NCBI GenBank assembly: GCA_034722055.1
Contig: JAYENL010000328.1
Span: 1-11,231, forward strand
Direction of reading: 5' to 3'
DNA length: 11,231 nt
Source of the DNA: Armatimonadota bacterium
Lineage (GTDB): Bacteria > Armatimonadota > Zipacnadia > Zipacnadales > UBA5352
Positions 1-6,500 of the stretch are shown here, in pieces. The translations under genes were made by a program, and so were the position numbers. The notes beneath the pieces were generated by a model. The model was not told where the DNA came from and did not search any database. It worked only from the letters and a program-made list of their open reading frames with translations. How positions within the stretch are numbered: position 1 is the stretch's first letter; the number at the start of each line of letters is the position of its first letter.

Positions 1-914
1 CCGGTCACCGAGTTGATCGTCGGTGTGCCCGGCGCGTCCGGGCCCTGCGCCTCCGACGGCGCCTGTATGGTCCAGCCGCCGCGCACGAAACGGTCGGCGT
101 CGAACATCACGTCGCCGTGCGCGGTCGCCAGCGACCGCTGGGTGGCGCCCACCCGAACGGTCCCGTCCGCCGCCTGCACAGGGATCACCAAGCGCTGTGC
201 CGGCTGCAGGGCGGCGTCGATGTCCGCCTGGCAGATGGGGTTGTGTAACACCTGCGTCAGTGCACCGCCCTCGTTGTAGACGACCCCCGCCAGCTCGTGG
301 AACAGATCCTGCTTGTTGACGGCGGCGCCGTGCGCGTCGCGCAGCAGGTCGCCGCCCTGCTCGACGGCGTGGGCCAGAAGGCCCTTGACGCGCTCGGGGA
401 ACACGTCCCGGTCGCCGGTGAACAGGTCCGTCTCCAGGCGGCCGAGTATCTGCCTCGTCCCCGCTTGCTCCTCTTCGACCTCTGCAGACTCGATGCTGCG
501 CATCAAAGTCATCACGTGCGAGACCTCGCGCCGTGACCTGTAGTAGCTCACGGTGTCGATCTGCCGCGCGAGGTCCGCCTCAGAGATCGGCGGGTTCCCC
601 GTCTCGCCGACGGCCACTCCCCAGGCACTACCGTAGCTCGAACGCGTCACCCACTCATCCACGGTCGCGCCCAGCGACGACGCCCGAAGCGCCTTGAACA
701 GCTTCACGTGTTTGTCGGACCACAGCACGTCCGCTAGTGTGTCATCGAGGCTCTCCATCACGAGCGAGCGCCCGCCGGTGAACAGGCTGCTGTCCGAACC
801 GGTGCCAGCCGTGATGGCCTTGAGCAGCTCCGCCACCGGCTGGCTCTCTCCGGCGGGGCTGAAGTACGACAGGTCGGGATAGTCTGCTGCCGTAACGATG
901 TTGTCGCGTCGCAT
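1..914 (-). CDS. Major capsid protein (Herelleviridae/SPO1-Twort-K-like), partial, runs off the left edge
   Basis: Not in the ORF track; translated by hand. ATG at 914 follows GGGGAGG, and the frame is open for 304 codons to the edge: MRRDNIVTAADYPDLSYFSPAGESQPVAELLKAITAGTGSDSSLFTGGRSLVMESLDDTLADVLWSDKHVKLFKAL...ATVDEW...GETGNPPISEADLARQIDTVSYYRSRREVSHVMTLMRSIESAEVEEEQAGTRQILGRLETDLFTGD...KGL...DAHG... The motif order matches my recollection of phage K/A511-type capsids (KS..TGYG...ALRRE.LDD...LTW, E.G..P.SD, IEWA.FYGD, FDGL). It sits directly downstream of protease/scaffold. Confidence 0.88.
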   Translation of the reverse strand, partial: MRRDNIVTAADYPDLSYFSPAGESQPVAELLKAITAGTGSDSSLFTGGRSLVMESLDDTLADVLWSDKHVKLFKALRASSLGATVDEWVTRSSYGSAWGVAVGETGNPPISEADLARQIDTVSYYRSRREVSHVMTLMRSIESAEVEEEQAGTRQILGRLETDLFTGDRDVFPERVKGLLAHAVEQGGDLLRDAHGAAVNKQDLFHELAGVVYNEGGALTQVLHNPICQADIDAALQPAQRLVIPVQAADGTVRVGATQRSLATAHGDVMFDADRFVRGGWTIQAPSEAQGPDAPGTPTINSVT

Positions 915-918
915 TTTG

Positions 919-925
919 CCTCCCC
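919..925 (-). promoter_or_regulatory. Shine-Dalgarno of major capsid gene
   Basis: Minus strand reads GGGGAGG-caaa-ATG. Confidence 0.8.
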
Positions 926-929
926 ACGC

Positions 930-954
930 AAAAGCGCGCCCTGCTGGGCGCGCT
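930..954 (-). terminator. GC-rich hairpin with short U-tract upstream of capsid RBS (weak terminator, attenuator or mRNA stabiliser)
   Basis: Perfect 9-bp stem AGCGCGCCC (933-941) / GGGCGCGCT (946-954) with a 4-nt loop. The minus strand ends in TTTT, including the last stem base. Confidence 0.55.
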
Positions 955-1024
955 CTGCGGTTTCACGGGTAGTGAGGTACGGGAAGGCAGCCTGTACGCG
1001 TGGGCGTTCACGACGGTGCAACCG

Positions 1025-1813
1025 CTAATCCAGTTCGATGCGGTTGACCTGGTCGATCACCTCCTGATTCCCTCGCTTGACACCCTTGCGCAGCGTACCG
1101 GCCTGCACCGGCGTCAGGTGCCCGGCGGTCAGGGCGTTGGTGATCTTCTCGTTGAGCTCCGTGAGAGGCGGCCCGTCGCCGCCGTCCTTGGGCGACTTCC
1201 TGATCTCGAAGCCGGCGGGCATGGCCCCCTCCACGGCGGCCTGTTCGTCGGCCCGCTCCCGGGCCTCGCGCAGGGCCTCCGTCTGGGCCGACACCGCCTT
1301 CGCCATATCGGTCAGCAGTCCGTCCTGAGCGTCGAGGCGGTCGCCGATCACCTTGGCGAAGGCGTCGAGCACCCCGCCGAAGGCCGCGTCGGCCTCGAGC
1401 ACCGTCGCGAACTCCTCGTCCTCCGCCAGGGTCTGGCGGACGGACTTGCCGAACTCGTCCTCCTCCTCTTCCTCTTCCTCCTCTTCCTCCTCTTCCTCCT
1501 CCTCGGGAGGTGGACTCTCGCCCTCCATCTCGTCGATTGCTTCGATCATCTCGTCGAGCTCCTCCTCGTCCGGCGGCTGCTCCCCTTCCGGCTCCACCCC
1601 TATCTCCGGCTCCTCGCCGGCCTCTTCGACCTCCTCCTCGACGTCCTCCAGCTCGTCCTCGATGTCCTCGACGTCCTCGTCGTCCAAGGCCGCTTTGAAC
1701 ACCTTAATGGCGTCGCGGAGATGGCTGGCCGCCTTCTCCAGCTCCTCGCTGTCCTCGTCGGCCTGATCAGCCCTTGAGAGCAGCGCGCGTGCCTTCTCTA
1801 GCAGGTTGCTCAT
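1025..1813 (-). CDS. Putative nested in-frame scaffold protein (262 aa) from internal start Met298
   Basis: Minus strand reads GGAGGGAGCAAAC-ATG AGC AAC CTG (MSNLLEKA...), in frame with the protease and exactly at the start of the acidic region. The context resembles the capsid start (GGAGGCAAA-ATG). Confidence 0.65.
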   Translation of the reverse strand: MSNLLEKARALLSRADQADEDSEELEKAASHLRDAIKVFKAALDDEDVEDIEDELEDVEEEVEEAGEEPEIGVEPEGEQPPDEEELDEMIEAIDEMEGESPPPEEEEEEEEEEEEEEEDEFGKSVRQTLAEDEEFATVLEADAAFGGVLDAFAKVIGDRLDAQDGLLTDMAKAVSAQTEALREARERADEQAAVEGAMPAGFEIRKSPKDGGDGPPLTELNEKITNALTAGHLTPVQAGTLRKGVKRGNQEVIDQVNRIELD

Positions 1814-2704
1814 GTTTGCTCCCTCCGACGTCAAGTTGTGTGCGATACGGTCCACCGCCGACTTGTGGACCTGTCGGTCGCGCCGGCGGTCGGTGATACG
1901 TACCATCTCCCCCCCGCAGGCGGGGCAGCGGGGGGCCTCCTCCGCCTCCTTGCGGATAGCGCAGGTGGGGCAGATCCAGGTGGTGGTGGCCACCGCCCCA
2001 TGCAGGCTCTCCTCCACCATCGACCGGCCGCCGGTCATGGTGGCGCTGTCCGTGCCGTAGCCAGCGGTAACGGCCTTGGCCACGACCACCACCGGCGGCT
2101 GCCCGTCCTCATGCTTCTCCTGCATGGCCGCGCTCAGCGACTTGGCCAGCCGCGCCACCGAGTTCGTGTTCATCGGGCACGGGGCCAGGGCCACCTTGGT
2201 CAGCACCGCCTGATCGGTGGCGGGATAGACCCAGCCGTCGGGGGCCTGGGCCGCCCCCTTCTTGACCCGCGTCCCCTGCAGCGAGAAGCCGATGGGATAG
2301 CCCCGCAACAGTGCCTCTCGCGCGTTCTGCAGGTCCTCGTTGACCGGCTCGCCCTCCAGCGGCGTCTCCACATACCCCCGCAGGTAGAACACCTTGTCAC
2401 CCACGAAGTCCCGGCCGAACCACTGCTTCAGCTCAGGGAAGCGCTGCCGCGCCTCCTCCACCGAGATTAGTTTGGCCTCGGTCGGTCGGCCGATGATGGT
2501 CTTGCCGTGGTCCCAGTTAAACACCCCGCGCTCCTCGAGCAGGTCCAGCGTGCCCATTAGGCCGCTGGCCTTCACGACCTCGTTCTCCAGGTCCACGGAC
2601 TCGTCCGAGGCGATCCCCTCCACCCACAGCCTGCCGTCCTCGGCTACGGCCGCCTTCGCTATGGGCACGTGGAGCACCCATTCGGGCGCAATTGTCGTCT
2701 CCAC
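1025..2704 (-). CDS. Prohead (maturation) protease fused to acidic scaffold protein, 559 aa
   Basis: N-terminal HK97-type prohead protease motifs: VEGIASDESVDLENEVV, NWDH (putative catalytic His), GFSLQG (putative catalytic Ser), KVALAPCPMN. The C-terminal half is very acidic and helical. GTG start with a very strong RBS; lies directly upstream of the capsid gene. Confidence 0.88.
   Translation of the reverse strand: METTIAPEWVLHVPIAKAAVAEDGRLWVEGIASDESVDLENEVVKASGLMGTLDLLEERGVFNWDHGKTIIGRPTEAKLISVEEARQRFPELKQWFGRDFVGDKVFYLRGYVETPLEGEPVNEDLQNAREALLRGYPIGFSLQGTRVKKGAAQAPDGWVYPATDQAVLTKVALAPCPMNTNSVARLAKSLSAAMQEKHEDGQPPVVVVAKAVTAGYGTDSATMTGGRSMVEESLHGAVATTTWICPTCAIRKEAEEAPRCPACGGEMVRITDRRRDRQVHKSAVDRIAHNLTSEGANMSNLLEKARALLSRADQADEDSEELEKAASHLRDAIKVFKAALDDEDVEDIEDELEDVEEEVEEAGEEPEIGVEPEGEQPPDEEELDEMIEAIDEMEGESPPPEEEEEEEEEEEEEEEDEFGKSVRQTLAEDEEFATVLEADAAFGGVLDAFAKVIGDRLDAQDGLLTDMAKAVSAQTEALREARERADEQAAVEGAMPAGFEIRKSPKDGGDGPPLTELNEKITNALTAGHLTPVQAGTLRKGVKRGNQEVIDQVNRIELD
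1460..1504 (-). repeat. Poly-Glu (E15) GAG/GAA low-complexity tract in the scaffold
   Basis: tcc/ttc triplet run on the + strand encoding PPP-E15-DEF on the minus strand. Confidence 0.85.
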
Positions 2705-2706
2705 CA

Positions 2707-2720
2707 GATCACCTCCTCCT
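2707..2720 (-). promoter_or_regulatory. Very strong Shine-Dalgarno of protease gene
   Basis: Minus strand AGGAGGAGGTGATC. Positions 2707-2717 (gatcacctcct) give an 11-nt complement to the canonical 16S rRNA 3' end. Confidence 0.85.
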
Positions 2721-2728
2721 GAATCACA

Positions 2729-2751
2729 GAAGCCGCCGAGTTGGCGGCTTC
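2729..2751 (-). terminator. Hairpin upstream of protease RBS (terminator-like or stabilising stem-loop)
   Basis: Perfect 9-bp inverted repeat GAAGCCGCC (2729-2737) / GGCGGCTTC (2743-2751) with a 5-nt loop. No strong U-tract. Confidence 0.45.
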
Positions 2752-2781
2752 GCGCGGTACGCCTGCACGGCGGACGTCAGA

Positions 2782-3153
2782 TCACTTTCTACCCATCGAC
2801 CGCCGACCCCCCTTCCTCCCTGGCACCGGGACAGGCCGGCGGACGAGCGGCTCGCCGACCGTGCCCGCCTGTCGGGCCGCCCGCCGGTCGCGCTCGTAGC
2901 GCGCCACCCGTTTCGCCCGGGCCCGGTCCACCGCCGTCTGCACGTACTGGCGCTCGATCTCGCGCAGCTTGTGCGGATCGGACTCCTTCTGGAGCATCTG
3001 GCGCTGGCGGTCCATGTCCTCGGTGCGGGTCTTATCCACCTCGTCGGCACACGCGATCAGCTGGTCACTGACCTCGTGACAAGCGGCTATGCCCGCCTCG
3101 GTCCTCGCCAGCAGCTCACCGATCTGCCTGGTCAGGTTGCCCAATGCAGTCAT
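2782..3153 (-). CDS. Hypothetical protein, 123 aa, helical with Arg-rich basic C-terminus (start corrected from 3258 to 3153)
   Basis: ATG at 3153 overlaps the upstream stop (ATGA, 3150-3153) and follows purine-rich GAAGGGGAAG. Sequence MTALGNLTRQIGELL...RRPVPVPGRKGGRRSMGRK. Confidence 0.7.
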   Translation of the reverse strand: MTALGNLTRQIGELLARTEAGIAACHEVSDQLIACADEVDKTRTEDMDRQRQMLQKESDPHKLREIERQYVQTAVDRARAKRVARYERDRRAARQAGTVGEPLVRRPVPVPGRKGGRRSMGRK

Positions 3154-3518
3154 TGTTGTTCTTCCCCTTCGCCTGTCCGCAACCCGCGCATCGACGACGC
3201 AGCACGCGACCGTGCCCGATGCTCCTGCAGGTGGTGCCAATAGCCAGCTATATCGCACATCGCGCCCTTATCTGCCGCCACGTCAATCTGTATCTCTACG
3301 GGCAGCCCGTGGGTCGCAGCCAGGTCGAAGACGTGCTTACCCGGGATGACCACCAGCGCGTCTTTGCCCCTCTCACGCAGCGCCGCCTCTCTCGCCCGCG
3401 GGATCGCGTCCTGCTGCTGATCCCACAGCCGCTGGTACTCATCCGGGATCCCTCCCTCAGCCACGAACTCCAGCATGAGTTCGCGGGCCTGACGAAAGAG
3501 CTCGTCAGCGTAGCTCAC
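3150..3518 (-). CDS. Hypothetical protein, 122 aa
   Basis: GTG start overlaps the helicase stop (GTGA, 3515-3518) and its stop overlaps the next ATG, implying translational coupling at both ends. Protein-like composition. Confidence 0.72.
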   Translation of the reverse strand: MSYADELFRQARELMLEFVAEGGIPDEYQRLWDQQQDAIPRAREAALRERGKDALVVIPGKHVFDLAATHGLPVEIQIDVAADKGAMCDIAGYWHHLQEHRARSRAASSMRGLRTGEGEEQQ

Positions 3519-6500
3519 GTGGCCGCCTCCGCCAGCACACCGCGGGCGGCGCCTGTTGCCCGGTGCAGCCCCCGCGTGAGTCGCTCACCCCGCGCCTCCC
3601 GGATCTCCCGCGCCAGCCCGGTATCATCGATCTGCTCAGTGGGTTCCATGAACGTGCTCATCAGCCCCTGCTTCTCCTCCAGCAGCTTCCGCCGGCGCCG
3701 CTCGTAGGGCACGTTCGTCCCCAGCGTGTACACGGACACGTTCCCCCACCGTTGCGTGAGGCGGTTTTGCCTCCCCTCTCGCTGCCTCATCTCTTTGGCC
3801 GTCCATGGCTGGTCGTAATGCACCAGCCACCGGGCCCGTTCGAGGTTGAGGCCGATGGCGGCGGCCGCCGACCCCACCAGCACGTCGTACTGTGCCTGTT
3901 GCCGGCGCGTGCGGGCCTCCTCCTCCAGCGTCTCCTGGCCGCGACCGGCGTCGGCGTTGAAGCGCATCCGCTGCAGCTCCGTCTCCTCCCCGTCCAGCTT
4001 GCCGGTGATTTTGCCCACCCGGAACCCCGCCTTCTCCAGCGCGTCAGCCAGCATGTCCACCGACTGCAGCGACTGGGCGAAGACCAGACCGGGGATCATG
4101 CCCTCGTCGGCATCGTCGCCCCGGTGCTTCTCCGCCAGGGCGATGACCTTCTGTATCCGGGGGTTGTGCTCTGGCGGGGCGTGCTCCAACACGCGGGCCA
4201 CGGCCCGGTCACGGGCGAACCCCAGGGACCGCCCTACATCGTCCAGCTTCTGCGCCCGGGCCTCGCCCTCCAGCCCGGCCAGCGCTTCCTCTGGCATCAA
4301 CCGCGCCAGGGCCTCGCGCTGGGCCTCGCTGCCCTGGGGGACTCGCCGGGCGTCGTTGTAGGCCTCCAGCACCTGCCGGTATCGGTCCCGCTGCCACTCA
4401 GAAAGCCCTACGCCGATGTCCTCGTGCGCCTCCATCACCCCGGTGTCCACGTTGTTCGCGTAGAAGTAGGGCATAACCAGCCGCTGCAGCGCCTGCCGAT
4501 TCGCCTCCGTGTTCAGCCCGTAGCGCCGGCGGAACTCCTCGTACCCGTCCCGCGGGAACTTGTCCGGGCGGATCTTGTACAACAGGTCATAGACCTCGCT
4601 GGGATCGTTCTTGACCGGCGTGGCGCTGGCGCTGATGAAGTAGCCCGCCCGCTCGGTGGTGGCGTCGATCACCCGGGCCAGCCGGCTGTCCGGCTTGCCC
4701 TTACGATTGAGTGTGTCGTGGCCCTCGTCGACCATGTTGAAGTCGAACTGCCACCCCTGCGCGTCAATGGCCTCCTGCACCGCGCTGCTGGTCTCGTCCG
4801 GCGAGGCCTCGCGCAGCCACTGGGCCGCCTGCTCTGTGTTGCCGTCGAAGCGCTGCTGGGCCACCGCCCAGGTCACGTCGTCGCGCCAGGCCTGATGCGA
4901 CACCGCCACCATGTCCCGTTCGGGGTCCGCGTAGGCCGCCCGCCGCTCCTCAGCGTCCGCAGAGGGGTCGGCGAAGTGGCGGAACCTCCCAGGTTCCACG
5001 TAGCGGTTCATCTCGCCGCCGAACTGCGCCTGGATCTTGGGCGGGACCAGGAATAGCCCCCGCTTCACCTGCCCCTTGCTGTGCAGGTCCGTGAAGCCGC
5101 CGATGGCCACGAGCGATTTGCCGCTGTTGTGGTGGATCAAGCCATGTGCTACGTAGTTGTGATAGACCGGCACCTCAAAGTCGAAGTACTCTTCCTCGGC
5201 ACCTGCTTCGATAGTTGACACCCGCACCCAGTAAGGTGTACTGCAGACGACCGGCTCAGATGCCGTGCCGACAGGATAGGCCACGTGTCCATATCGATGT
5301 CGATCAGCTGCGCGATCTCGCGACACGCGGCACATTGCGGCAGCAGGAGATATGTTCGCGCCTTGGGATCTGTCCGCAGACATTTCGCAAGTTGGTCGAT
5401 CAGTACGAGATCGACTGGCGGCCGTTGCAGCAGCGACGAGATCGCCGGGGTCGAGATCGGCCAGCCGACGCCAGCCCCCAGGCGTCAGAAACAGATGAGA
5501 GCGCGCCACCGTGATCTGGTTGCCGTCATCGCTGACCACGCGGAATAGGCGTTCGCTCCCCTTGATGAACGGCACTGCCGCTTCAGCCACGTGGAAATGG
5601 CCATCGTGATCAAGCGATAGGACACGTGGCGCTGTCCCATCTTGGTAGTGCTCTCGGACCGTCTTCTGCTGCTGTGTCATGGGATCAATCAGTACCGTGT
5701 CTCCCGCGACGCAACCCGTGCTGTGGTGCAGCCCGATGCGCTTGTTCTGCTCGAGCAGCTTGATGGCTCGCTGCTGGTGCACGTAGCGACCATCCATGTT
5801 CAGGTCGTGGATGATCTCCACCGGCCGCTCCGGGTCGAAGTTGGGCGCCACATTCGACCACACCCGCCGCGCCTGGTTCTCTGCGGTGCGACCGATGCTG
5901 GTGCGACTGGCGGCGGGCTCTCGTTCGGTGAAGAGCGTGAGCTGCATCTTCTTGGCCTTCTCCAGGATCCGCTGGGCGAGGTCCTTCACGGCGCCGGGGG
6001 CGTAGCGGCCAGCCGCGTCCCGCTTGCGCAGGCTTTCGTACTGCTGGCGGAGTACCTTGTCGTCGGCGTCGAGGACCCGCTCCAAGGCGTCGCGCGGCAT
6101 CAGCCCCACGACATGGCCCAGGGCGTTGGGAAGGTCCGCCGGCGCCGAGCGCAGCTCCCGCCCCGTCTCGCGGGCATAATGCTCGCCGAAGCTGGTCAGC
6201 AGGTCCCCTTGGACGAGGGCCTGCAGGCTGCGGTATGCCTTGTGCGTGCCCTTCTGCGCCCGCACGTAGCGGGTCCATGCGTTCTCCGCCCGCTCTGCCT
6301 CCTCCGCCTCCACCCGCTCCTGAAAGGCCTCCGTCTCCCCGCGCGTGACTGGCTCCACCTCGCCGAAGATGTTGCTCTGGCCAGCGATGATCTCCTCGGC
6401 CGCCTCCGCCCGCGCCGCGCGCTCCTCTCGTGTCTCCGCCGCCGCCGGCGGCTCCTCATCCGTCAGGTGCGTCCAGAAGTACTGACGCAGCAGGGCCTTG

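Larger units (their letters stand above)
5126..5713 (-). mobile_element. Mini-intein (196 aa, residues 1118-1313) in helicase Walker A
   Basis: Block A CVAGDTVLI; block B ITVARSHLFLTPGGW (His retained); block F YFDFEVPVYHNYVAHG; block G IHHN with +1 Ser. Splicing restores HSTGSGKS. No in-frame LAGLIDADG or HNH domain. Confidence 0.95.

Noticed and set aside
816..829. 14-bp direct repeat ggccttgagcagct (816-829 and 9383-9396) as an att or recombination site
   Set aside because: Both copies encode LLKA in frame with preferred codons; explained at the protein level.
13..1021. Short track ORFs in 13-1021 on both strands
   Set aside because: Superseded by the open minus-strand capsid frame from ATG 914, which has an RBS and family motifs.
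1455..1690. tcc/tcg-rich periodic sequence as tandem repeat or CRISPR array
   Set aside because: Explained by Glu/Asp codons of the acidic scaffold; no repeat-spacer structure. No CRISPR array or tRNA was seen elsewhere in the window.
2707..2717. GATCACCTCCT, identical to the 16S rRNA 3' end
   Set aside because: Simply the reverse complement of a strong SD; no rRNA context.
3154..3258. Track start at 3258 for the ORF ending at 2782
   Set aside because: It would overlap the upstream gene by over 100 nt; ATG 3153 has an ATGA coupling and a purine-rich RBS.
5285..5548. Second + strand ORF in the intein (MSISMSIS...)
   Set aside because: Low-complexity Ser/Arg/Ile peptide in an alternative frame of the HTH-like ORF; no motif.
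5126..5713. Intact homing endonuclease in the intein
   Set aside because: The linker is only about 65-70 codons; no LAGLIDADG, HNH or GIY-YIG motif in the frames examined.
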